Shown: positions 8,059-16,288 of the stretch, in pieces | Layout: each line of letters starts with the position of its first letter | Position numbering within the stretch: the first letter of the stretch is position 1 | DNA from: a virus | Taxonomy: Duplodnaviria > Heunggongvirae > Uroviricota > Caudoviricetes | DNA: 35,862 nucleotides | Direction: 5' to 3' (one strand) | Virus record (IMG/VR): IMGVR_UViG_3300023213_000338 | Made by a program: the position numbers and the translations under genes | Notes under the pieces: generated by a model | What the model saw: only the letters and a program-made list of their open reading frames with translations | Database searches by the model: none | What the model was told of the DNA's origin: nothing

Positions 8059-8870
8059 ATGAAAAAAATATGTTCTTATTTTGATTGTAAAAAAGAATTT
8101 AAGTTGCAAAAAATAACTCAATTATATTATATTGTAGTAAATCATGTGTTATGAGAGATAAATATAAAAATAAAAGTTATCTAAATTGTTTTATTTGTAA
8201 TAAAAAATTTCACCTAAAGTTTTCTGCAATTAAAAAGGGTAGAGGTAAATGTTGTTCTAAAAAATGTTTAAACTTATATCAATTCAAAAAGCAACTAAAG
8301 AATTGTTTAATTTGTGAAAAAGATTTTTTTATCATTCCCTCTAGAATAAAAAATGGATGGAGTGGTGCATGTTCTCGTAGGTGTTATAATATTTTTAGGC
8401 AAAATAGTAGGCAAAAAATACAATGTATAAATTGTAAAAAATTATTTTTTACTTCTATTGCTTTAATAAAAAGAGGCCAAGGAAAATTTTGCTCTGAAAT
8501 ATGTCAATATCAAGCTTATAGATCTGATGAATGGCGCAATAAAACTAACATGACTCGCTCAGGAGAGTTGTGTCCTGCATGGAAGGGTGGAGTAACTCCT
8601 TTGCATAAATTAATAAGACATTCAAAAGAATATTTAAGATGGCGTAAATATGTTTTTGAAAGAGATAATTATACATGTCAAATATGTAATAAAAGAGGTG
8701 GAAAATTACACGCTGATCATATTTTGCCATTTGCTTTTTTCCCATTATTAAGATTTAAGATTTCTAATGGACGGACTTTATGTATAAATTGTCATAGGTT
8801 AACTTCAACCTATGGAGGTAAAGTTTATGCTTATATGAAGGAGGTGATTGGTAATGGCATACCAAAATGA
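8059..8870 (+). mobile_element. Free-standing HNH homing endonuclease with tandem Zn-finger repeats; frameshift near the 5' end
   Basis: Repeated CxxCxKxF...CSxxC modules, then WKGG...WRKYVFERDNYTCQIC...HADHI...NGRTLCINCH. ATG 8059 is out of frame with the 8151 ORF because of a tandem ATTAT duplication (8121-8130). Confidence 0.85.
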
Positions 8871-9531
8871 ACCGCTCCCCCCACTTCGACTCTATCGAGA
8901 GTTGGATCATGGGGAGCAATGACAACTTGTTATATTCGGAGATCCTGCTGAATCAAGCGATTATTGTGCAGCCGTAGCATTTAGCAAAAAGTATTTTGAT
9001 TATCCTTTAGTTTTTAATCAAGTTATCGATTCAGCTCAATTTGGATATGAGCTTTTTAATATGGCAAAGTATATCCATAATAAAACGGAAATGTGGCCTA
9101 AGCTTGCAGTAGAAAGAAATACAGGACAAGCCACAATTTTTGTTTTAAAGAATCTAAATTATCCAGACCTTTTTCGCATGATAGATTTTACTTCTATGGA
9201 TTCTCATGAAGGAGGGGGAATTGGATGGGTTACTACTGGATGGATGCGTGGAGGAGAACTCCAAGGAACTAGAAAAAAAATGCTTGATGATCTTGCTCTT
9301 GCTATTAAACAAAAACAAGTTAAAATTTACGATCGGGATCAAATAAATCAATTGCAATCTTTTATACTTGCAAGGGGAGGAAGAGCTCAAGCTAAAGCAA
9401 ATAAGCATGACGATTTGGTTATAAGCACAGCTGGAGCATGGCAAATTCATCTTGTAACACCTTCTATGTTTCTTGATGATTATGATGAGTTTGCAGCTTA
9501 TGAACTGAGACAAAAGTGGAGGTTTAAATAA
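8854..9531 (+). CDS. terL: Terminase large subunit, RNase H-like nuclease part; separate cistron with an in-frame TGA at 8920-8922
   Basis: SD aaggaggtg then ATG 8854. Reads MAYQNEPLPPLRLYRELDHGEQ*QLVIFGDPAESSDYCAAVAF...LAVERNTGQATI...GW.T...HDDLVISTA. The acidic residues D, E and DD fit a terminase nuclease. The ORF track shows only the part from 9061. Confidence 0.75.
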
Positions 9532-9669
9532 ATGGATATTATTGAAGTTCACAAAGATGTAATTACAAGAGTTCTTAACGATCTTTTAGATAAGGCTAAA
9601 AAAGTTTATGGCAAAAGCCCAAAACGAACAGGCAAAAAAAGACCTGTATCAAAAAGAAAAAGAGCATAA
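9532..9669 (+). CDS. Small ORF (45 aa) with basic C-terminus
   Basis: ATG directly after the TAA of the nuclease gene: MDIIEVHKDVITRVLNDLLDKAKKVYGKSPKRTGKKRPVSKRKRA. Overlaps the next ORF by 62 nt. Confidence 0.4.
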   Translation: MDIIEVHKDVITRVLNDLLDKAKKVYGKSPKRTGKKRPVSKRKRA

Positions 9670-9934
9670 CGAATTCGAATACACAGAATTGATTAAGCGA
9701 GTTGAGCCTTGGCTTTGGTCGCTTCGTCATGCAATTATAACAACAGGAGTTGATTATACGGTTATTATGCAAATAGTTCGTGCTATGGTGATGATTGGAC
9801 TAGGAAGCAAGTATGGAGAAATTACTGTTAAGATTGAAAATAATGTGGTAACTTTTATCTATGGTAACGAAGCGACTCGAATCAATTGCAATATCTTTAT
9901 TAAAGATACAGGGCTAGATAAGTTTGGTAATTAA
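9608..9934 (+). CDS. Hypothetical protein (C-terminus resembles small DUF2292/YezD-like fold)
   Basis: 108-aa ORF with KYGEITVKIENNVVTFI. Confidence 0.55.
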   Translation: MAKAQNEQAKKDLYQKEKEHNEFEYTELIKRVEPWLWSLRHAIITTGVDYTVIMQIVRAMVMIGLGSKYGEITVKIENNVVTFIYGNEATRINCNIFIKDTGLDKFGN

Positions 9935-9944
9935 AGGATAACTA

Positions 9945-9973
9945 TTGACAATTTTCTAGGACTCTGATATTAG
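9945..9973 (+). promoter_or_regulatory. sigma70-type promoter upstream of portal
   Basis: TTGACA (9945-9950), 17 nt, TG-a-TATTAG (imperfect extended -10). Confidence 0.5.
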
Positions 9974-10012
9974 TTAAGCGATAAAAGAAAAATAGGAGAA
10001 CAACTCCATTTT

Positions 10013-10066
10013 CCATTTACAAATTTCAAGACCTCTCTGAGGTCTTATTTTTGTGAATGGTTTTTT
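10013..10066 (+). terminator. Long hairpin plus U-tract in the portal leader
   Basis: CCATTTACAAA...AAGACCTC-TCT-GAGGTCTT...TTTGTGAATGG then TTTTTT, 5 nt before the portal ATG. Confidence 0.6.
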
Positions 10067-10071
10067 AATAT

Positions 10072-12240
10072 ATGCCAAGTACAATCGATCCTAGTGCAAA
10101 TGTTAGTGGAGCTCCGATGGAGCGTGATGAACTTGCAGTTTTTACAGAAGTTAGACGACACGCAGACATAGGCTTCAACGAAACTCAGAGACGTGCTATT
10201 GGTAAAAACAGGGTTGGTTCAATTTCTTTTAACGAAGCGGATGAATTATTCAGAGGATGGATCGATGAGAATTCGTGGCCCTATGACGCTTTGCTTTTTG
10301 ATCCCCGTGTCTTCACTTTTATATTTGAAAAGACTTCAAGATTAATTGCTTCAAAGCCACGTGGGCATTTAGTTCCTCGTCAAAGCTCAGATATTATCGC
10401 AGCCAAGATTAATAATGCTATTTTAGAAACCCAATGGGATACCGCAAACTATGGAGGAACAATGATTTCCAAGTGGGCAATGATGGATATGAATACCAGA
10501 AAATATGGAGCAGCTTTTGGAATGAGTAAGTGGAGGTATGAGCAAGGAAATAAAGGACAAATCCTATACGATGGGCCAGAGTTTAGAGTTCTTAATAACA
10601 GAGATTGTGCTCATGATATGACCGCAACAGCTATTGAGAATTGTAATTGGTTTCAGGTTCGCGAATATCCTACTTTCCAGCAATTGGAAGCGGTAAATGA
10701 TAAATCAAAGGGTAAACCTTTTTATAAAAATCTTGATAGGCTAAGAGAAGCCATTCTTAAAGGCAGTTTGGCGGGAGGAGATACAAGGGGATCAAATTGG
10801 TTATCCAGAAACAGGCAAATTTCAAGATTAGATCCTGATCCAACTGGAAAAGATTATGTTTATAAAACAGTTGAAATAGTTACAGAGTATAGAAGAGACC
10901 GTTGGATAACTTTTGCTCCACGACATGGAGTTGTGCTTAGAGATATTGATAATCCTTATAAGAACAACGAGCTTCCAATCGTTATGCTTAGATATTATGC
11001 TATTGATGATGACTTATATGGTTTAAGCGAAATTGAATCTATTAAATCCTTACAAAAAGCTATTAATGCTCTTCTTTGTCAATATGTAGATGAGATAAAT
11101 CAAAAGCTTTATACCCCAATTGCGGTTGGGCCAGGCGTTAGGCAACATACGTTAGAATGGGGGAAAGGAGCTCGTTGGATGATGAATAATCCTATGACAG
11201 ATTTCAGATTGGTAGAACCCAATTCTAATGCTGCTCAACTTTTTCAAGGTACTTATTCTACTCTAGTTTCTGCCATGATGAATGCTCTTGGAGAAAGTTC
11301 GTTGGGAGTTTCTAACCTTGGGCCGATGCAAAGAGATAAAACCGCAACTGAAGTTAGATCTCTTATGACTCAAAGTAATGCTCGTGATAACTTTAACCAG
11401 ATTTTTCTTTCCGAAGCATTAGAAAGACAAATGAAACTTTGGTATTCCATGAATCAAACCCTTCTTTTTACAGATCCAGAAAAAAAGTTTTATGTTCTTA
11501 GAGTTGTAGGACAAGAATTGATTCGCGATTTTCAAGAGGAAGAGCTTGACCAAATGACTGTTCCAGATGTTGCTTATCAGCTTCTCATGGAACAACCTTC
11601 AGATACGTCTGCTCCACAACCAGCTAATATGGAAATACTTCAACAAGAGATCGATAAAATGAAAATACCTAAATTCCCTATTAATAGAGGGACAAAAACT
11701 AAACCTAAGTTTGAACCCAAGATGAAACTTTATCCCAATGGAAAACTGGCAGAGATTCAAGTTGAACCAGCAGATTTAGAGGGTCAATTTGATTTTGTTA
11801 TTGATGTTAAAAGCATGATGGATAATGCAGATGATCTTCGTAAACAAGCTCGTCAATCAGCAATCAGTTTGTTGGTATCTAACCCAAATGTTATAGCTTT
11901 GTTACAGCAGGAAGGATATCAACCTAAGTTTAAAGAGCTTTTTGTGAATTGGCTTGAAGATATGGGCTTTACTGATGCAGACAAATATTTTGCTCAAGTT
12001 ACGCAAGAAAACCAATTACAAATGCCAGGAGGTCAGCCGACCCAAGGACAAACTTCTCCTCAACCAAATCAGCCTCCAGAAACTGGAGCTCCAGAAATAG
12101 CATCTCAGATAGCAGGAATGCAAAAGATTTTCCCATTAGATAGAAATGCTAATGTTTACAGTCCGTTCAGTCAATTTGGACAATTTGCTCCTCCGACTGG
12201 AGGAGTCAATCCAAATGCTAATGGGATGGGAGCTCAATAA
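10072..12240 (+). CDS. Portal protein (P22/podovirus-like)
   Basis: 722 aa, after terL. Motifs YGLSEIE...LQKAINAL...DEIN, TATEV and Q/P-rich tail are typical of P22-like portals. Confidence 0.85.
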   Translation: MPSTIDPSANVSGAPMERDELAVFTEVRRHADIGFNETQRRAIGKNRVGSISFNEADELFRGWIDENSWPYDALLFDPRVFTFIFEKTSRLIASKPRGHLVPRQSSDIIAAKINNAILETQWDTANYGGTMISKWAMMDMNTRKYGAAFGMSKWRYEQGNKGQILYDGPEFRVLNNRDCAHDMTATAIENCNWFQVREYPTFQQLEAVNDKSKGKPFYKNLDRLREAILKGSLAGGDTRGSNWLSRNRQISRLDPDPTGKDYVYKTVEIVTEYRRDRWITFAPRHGVVLRDIDNPYKNNELPIVMLRYYAIDDDLYGLSEIESIKSLQKAINALLCQYVDEINQKLYTPIAVGPGVRQHTLEWGKGARWMMNNPMTDFRLVEPNSNAAQLFQGTYSTLVSAMMNALGESSLGVSNLGPMQRDKTATEVRSLMTQSNARDNFNQIFLSEALERQMKLWYSMNQTLLFTDPEKKFYVLRVVGQELIRDFQEEELDQMTVPDVAYQLLMEQPSDTSAPQPANMEILQQEIDKMKIPKFPINRGTKTKPKFEPKMKLYPNGKLAEIQVEPADLEGQFDFVIDVKSMMDNADDLRKQARQSAISLLVSNPNVIALLQQEGYQPKFKELFVNWLEDMGFTDADKYFAQVTQENQLQMPGGQPTQGQTSPQPNQPPETGAPEIASQIAGMQKIFPLDRNANVYSPFSQFGQFAPPTGGVNPNANGMGAQ

Positions 12241-12244
12241 ATAG

Positions 12245-12628
12245 ATGATTGAAGATCAACTACCAGATTTCGAAAGACCAGATAATGGCAAGTTGGAAAC
12301 TGGACAAGAAGCATATTCAAAAGGGAAGCAACTCAACGATATCGAAGAAAAAGAATATCGAGAGGGAGAAGCTCTTAGAACGATGATTGAAACCAGCGAA
12401 GGGTGGAGATTGGTAAAAGAGATGCTTGAAGATTTAGCTTATCATTCTTGGGTTGATCCAAGAGGAACTAAAGCTAAGGACGAATGGGTTTGGGCAGAAA
12501 TGAATGCATTTCATGCAGCTAATAACGCTAAGGAGTTGCTAGTTCGCATTCAAGAGAAAATCGATCGTGCAGATTATTTAGGAAAAGTTCGAGCAGGAGA
12601 AATTGTAGTTAAACAAATGAAAATATGA
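12245..12628 (+). CDS. Small helical protein following portal (head-assembly associated)
   Basis: ALRTMIETSEGWRLVKEMLE resembles the small conserved post-portal proteins of podovirus-like phages. Confidence 0.55.
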   Translation: MIEDQLPDFERPDNGKLETGQEAYSKGKQLNDIEEKEYREGEALRTMIETSEGWRLVKEMLEDLAYHSWVDPRGTKAKDEWVWAEMNAFHAANNAKELLVRIQEKIDRADYLGKVRAGEIVVKQMKI

Positions 12629-12756
12629 CAGTAGGTTTAATAACTTATCAAGACAATGCGAGGAGAGAAACATTTGCTAAAGTAAATACTACTCAGCGAT
12701 TATTTAAAAGACTTCCTAAAAAGAAGAATAAAAAGATGAAAGGAGGTGGAAAATAA
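12625..12756 (+). CDS. 43-aa ORF whose N-terminus copies the major capsid N-terminus, with Lys-rich tail; absent from ORF track
   Basis: ATGA overlap with upstream stop. MTVGLITYQDNARRETFAKVNTTQRLFKRLPKKKNKKMKGGGK versus capsid MAWGLITYQDAARRED: 12/16 identical. Confidence 0.75.
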   Translation: MTVGLITYQDNARRETFAKVNTTQRLFKRLPKKKNKKMKGGGK

Positions 12757-12758
12757 AC

Positions 12759-12956
12759 ATGGCATTCGGTTCAAGTTCAAACAACAGTGGAGTACCTAAT
12801 CCCTCAATGATTCTTGGTAAAGATAATGCAGCGTGGGTTAAAGTTTTCACGGTTGGACAAAGAGCAGCTGTTAAAACAGGGAATCAGGAAGTAAGTACAG
12901 ATATTCCTGGTCAAAGAGTAGGTGATAAGGATACCAGCCAACCAGCTGAAGGATAA
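12759..12956 (+). CDS. Small hypothetical protein in head module
   Basis: Strong SD aaaggaggtg. 65 aa. Confidence 0.7.
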   Translation: MAFGSSSNNSGVPNPSMILGKDNAAWVKVFTVGQRAAVKTGNQEVSTDIPGQRVGDKDTSQPAEG

Positions 12957-12971
12957 TACCATGTTTCGCTA

Positions 12972-13157
12972 ATGCCTTACGTTGGTAAACAAGTTGCTAA
13001 CTTTAAGAAAGAGTATGGAAAGAATTGGAAAAAACGATTCTTTGCATGGAAAGGAGCAAACCCTGATTCGTACCAAAAAGGAGTTGCTACCGCTCGGAAA
13101 AAGGGAGACACAATTATACGAAGCTTAGCGAAAAAAGGAAAACGTGGCAGAGAATAA
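12972..13157 (+). CDS. Small highly basic protein
   Basis: 61 aa, Lys/Arg-rich. Stop overlaps next gene. Confidence 0.6.
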   Translation: MPYVGKQVANFKKEYGKNWKKRFFAWKGANPDSYQKGVATARKKGDTIIRSLAKKGKRGRE

Positions 13158-13416
13158 ACCTTTACCACCGTTACCTCCAAGCGACGCATCTAGCTTGCAG
13201 AGGAATCATTACGATAATTATTATGGAATAGGTGCGAGAACATTTTGGTCGAAAAGCGAATTAAGTAGTAATGAGATAAAACCATTCGAGAAATGCGAAC
13301 ACTATCTTATTAATGTAGAGGATGGTGTTGAATGTAAAAAATGTCATCTTGGATGGACGGGATCATTACAAGCAAGAGATGGAAAACTTTATATCAATGG
13401 TAAGCCTATTGAATAA
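13144..13416 (+). CDS. Small Zn-ribbon protein
   Basis: CEHY...ECKKCHLGW motif. Confidence 0.6.
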   Translation: MAENKPLPPLPPSDASSLQRNHYDNYYGIGARTFWSKSELSSNEIKPFEKCEHYLINVEDGVECKKCHLGWTGSLQARDGKLYINGKPIE

Positions 13417-13526
13417 TGTTTGCTCTTTTAAAAATTTTGAGTTGAGGGCAAATTGAACATATTTACGCTTGTGGAGGTGCTCGAGCCACTATTTCAACAG
13501 AGCATGATAGAAAGGAGGTGATAGAT

Positions 13527-14429
13527 ATGGACAATAATCAACAAGCAGGAGTAGTAACTCCAGCTCAACAACCAGCAATAGCACCTGTGCCTACACCAAC
13601 GCCAGTACCGAGTGTTCCTCAACAAACGCCAGTACAGCAAGTGCCACAGCCTGTTGCTCAACAAACAGTTTCGGACGCAGGAGATAGGACGAGACAAGAA
13701 TTCGAGAAGCTTCTCGAAAGTAATCGAAAATTGCATCAAGCAAATACATTACTTCAAGAAGAAATCGCTCGTCGTGCTAATGTGCAACAACAATTTGCAC
13801 CTATGCAACAACAAGCTGTCGCTCCGCAAACTCCGAATATTCAGGACTTTGTAGAAATTGATCCTGAATCGGGAACAAAATATATTAATGAGCGGAAATT
13901 GCAGTCGGCAATTGCAGAAGCTAATACAAGAGCTACTCAAGCAGTTTCCCAAATGCAAAACTATATCCAAGCTAACGAGCAAAGAGAGATTGAAAAACAA
14001 AATAGAGAAGCGTTTGCAACTTATCCCGAATTGAATCCAAACGATGCGAGTTTCGATCGGAATTTTAGCAATACAACATCTGCGCTTATTTTGCATTCAT
14101 ATATGAATCCTCGTAATTATTCAGACGGCAGACCTCTTACATTTAAAGAGGCAGCCGATATGTTAAAGAAAGGACAAGGAATTTCAACACAACAAGTCGT
14201 TCAGACAACAACTCCAGTTGCTCAACCGTCAGGACAGCCAACAGCTCAAGATTTGAAAGCACAAGCAGCAGTCTCAGTACAGAGTATGCCTCAGCAAGTC
14301 ATTGCTACGCCAGAAGTGGTAGCAGAGATGCAAGCATTGAGGAGTAAGACTCGATTAGGAGACGATCAAGCACTTGCAGAGCGGTTGAAATATACCGAAC
14401 ATATAATTCCTAAAGAAGGGACTTCCTAG
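13527..14429 (+). CDS. Capsid scaffolding protein
   Basis: SD aaaggaggtg, ATG 13527. Q/P/V-rich termini and coiled-coil core. Lies directly upstream of the major capsid gene. Confidence 0.75.
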   Translation: MDNNQQAGVVTPAQQPAIAPVPTPTPVPSVPQQTPVQQVPQPVAQQTVSDAGDRTRQEFEKLLESNRKLHQANTLLQEEIARRANVQQQFAPMQQQAVAPQTPNIQDFVEIDPESGTKYINERKLQSAIAEANTRATQAVSQMQNYIQANEQREIEKQNREAFATYPELNPNDASFDRNFSNTTSALILHSYMNPRNYSDGRPLTFKEAADMLKKGQGISTQQVVQTTTPVAQPSGQPTAQDLKAQAAVSVQSMPQQVIATPEVVAEMQALRSKTRLGDDQALAERLKYTEHIIPKEGTS

Positions 14430-14441
14430 GTGGATCAGCCA

Positions 14442-14477
14442 CACGCCACCTTGAGGAATAGACGCTCGGGTGGCGTG
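14442..14477 (+). promoter_or_regulatory. GC-rich hairpin immediately 5' of the capsid SD (possible mRNA stabiliser or processing site)
   Basis: CACGCCACC (14442-14450) / GGTGGCGTG (14469-14477) perfect stem plus inner TGAG/CTCG. SD aaggaggtg follows at 14479. Confidence 0.55.
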
Positions 14478-14497
14478 AAAGGAGGTGATTGAAAAAT

Positions 14498-16288
14498 ATG
14501 GCTTGGGGTTTAATTACTTACCAAGACGCAGCAAGAAGAGAGGATTAATCAAGATATTTGCACATTGACAACTTAAGTAAACTTGGGTATAATATTATAT
14601 ATATGAATTTTGTATGTATAGTTTGTAATACCAATTTTTTTTCTTATAAAAAAGGCAGAAAAACTTGTTCAAAAATATGTTCTGCAATAAATCAACAAGA
14701 ACGAGTTGTAGGATATTGTGATTTTTGTGGTGAGCTTATTAAAAGAGTTGTAACAAGAATGAGGGGTAAACATATATTTTGTACACATGCGTGTCATCAT
14801 AAATGGGAGAAAAGTAAAGGAGCAAAATTTCCTCAATTGAGAGATAAAAAATGGTGTCAAGATCAATATAAAACTAAATCCCTTGCTAAAATAGCAAAAG
14901 AAATTGAGTGTGGAGAAACAACTGTTTTTAAATATTTTAAAATTCATAATATAAAGCTCGATAGAAATAAATGGATTTCTGGAGAAAAACATTATTTATG
15001 GAAAAACGGAATAACTCCATTTTATAAAGCGATTCGCAATCGAAGGAAATATTTTCATTGGAGAAAAGAGATTTTAAAAATCAATCCTCGAAAATGCGTA
15101 TTATGTGGATCAACAAAAAATTTAGAGGTTGATCACATTAAAAAATTAAAATTTATTATTTCCGACAATAATATTAAAACCATAGATGATGCAATGCAGT
15201 GTAAAGAATTATGGGAAGCGAAGAATGGTAGAATTCTTTGTAGAACATGCAATCTTCTGCGAGAAAAAATACATCCAACTAATGGTCCTCTATAAAGCAG
15301 GCTAAACGGCGAACGGAAGAACTCCTAACGTCGTACCAAATAAAAAAGGTCTAGAGACTATACACCTGCTACTAAATAAAGTAATGAAATAGTCCGACAC
15401 TCTTAGGAATAAGAGATTAACAATTTGCTTATGGATGTTCTTGCAGATGTGTCGCCTGATGAAACACCATTGCTCACCCTATTTGCTGTTTCAACAGCAA
15501 GAGGAACGCTTCATGAGTGGTTGAAATACAATATCGCACGACCGACTACCGTTCAAGCGGATGTCGAAGGAGCGGATATTACCTTCACAGATTTGACACA
15601 ACCATCGAGAACAAACAACATTACTCAAATTATTAACCAACCAGTTCAAGTTTCGAGAACTGAGAGAAAAGTTAATGTTGCTGCTATGGGAGATCCATAT
15701 GCGTTCCAAAAAGCGGATGCTTTAAGACAGCTCAAAATGAAAATGGAGTATGCTATCTTAAACGCAGCCAAAGCTTCTGGAGCTTCTGGATCAGGTAGGC
15801 AGATGAACGGTATTGATGCTTTCATTGCTACTTTAAATACAGCTCGTTCTTCAGGACAATCGTTCCTAGAACAAGAGCTTAATGATATGGCAGCTGATTC
15901 ATACAATACAGTACGTGCAGACAAAGTATTCGATATGTTACTTTGTACCGTTAAAATCAAACAAGCGATTGCTGGATTTGCGGGTAATTCAACACGTTAT
16001 ATTGATGCAGCAGATCGAAGACTTACAAAAGATATTCTTGTCTATGACTCAGCCGTTGGCTCACACAGAATTATGCACCACAGAGATGTGCGTAATAATG
16101 CAGGATCAACAACAGTCTATGGTTTGAGAGAAGACATGCACAGAGTTGCATATCTTGACAAACCAATGTTTGACGAACTTGCGAAAGTCGGAGACGCTGA
16201 TAGAGGCCGATGGGTAACTGAGTTTACTCTTGAGGTTCTTGAAGAAAGATCAGATCAAAAGAGAACAGGATACAACCAAAGCGGATAG
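14498..16288 (+). CDS. Major capsid protein (SU10/DUF5309-like HK97 fold), spliced: exon1 14498-14545 + exon2 15428-16288
   Basis: Joined exons read MAWGLITYQDAARRED|LMDVLADVSPDETPLL...HEW...NITQI...KMEYAIL...EFTLEV in frame, 302 aa. Strong SD before 14498. Confidence 0.85.
14565..14593 (+). promoter_or_regulatory. Consensus sigma70 promoter inside the intron, driving the HNH
   Basis: TTGACA (14565-14570), 17 nt, TATAAT (14588-14593). ATG 14603 with no SD. Confidence 0.85.
14603..15295 (+). CDS. Intron-encoded HNH homing endonuclease with Zn-finger repeats
   Basis: CIVC..F...CSKIC and CDFC...CTHAC repeats, an HTH-like segment, and WKNG...KCVLC...LEVDHI...NGRILCRTC. Likely start is ATG 14603 rather than 14558. 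Confidence 0.9.
   Translation: MNFVCIVCNTNFFSYKKGRKTCSKICSAINQQERVVGYCDFCGELIKRVVTRMRGKHIFCTHACHHKWEKSKGAKFPQLRDKKWCQDQYKTKSLAKIAKEIECGETTVFKYFKIHNIKLDRNKWISGEKHYLWKNGITPFYKAIRNRRKYFHWRKEILKINPRKCVLCGSTKNLEVDHIKKLKFIISDNNIKTIDDAMQCKELWEAKNGRILCRTCNLLREKIHPTNGPL

Larger units (their letters stand above)
14546..15427 (+). mobile_element. Self-splicing group I intron (882 nt) with HNH ORF in loop L1
   Basis: Exon1 ends in U and the intron ends in G. P1 AGAGGAU/GUCCUCU (15285-15291); P3 AGCAGG/CCUGCU; P4 ACGGCG/CGUCGU; P5 GGA/UCC; P6 ACC/GGU; P7 GACUA/UAGUC; P8 UACU/AGUA; P9 CUCUUA-GGAA-UAAGAG. J8/7 AUGAAAUAGUCC resembles the S element. Confidence 0.95.

Noticed and set aside
8057-8922. Group I intron joining the two terL halves
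   Set aside because: No P3/P7 core or room for one after the HNH. The nuclease half has its own SD and ATG overlapping the HNH end.
8920-8960. Genome-wide TGA recoding (code 4/25) or selenocysteine insertion
   Set aside because: TGA ends many tightly ATGA-coupled genes (e.g. 2574, 3398, 12628, 21757). The position is not Cys-equivalent and no convincing SECIS hairpin follows.
12625-12675. Capsid-like mini-ORF as an alternative 5' exon for trans-splicing
   Set aside because: Its sequence at the equivalent position (AGAGAAACA) cannot form P1 with the guide GUCCUCU and lacks the required U.
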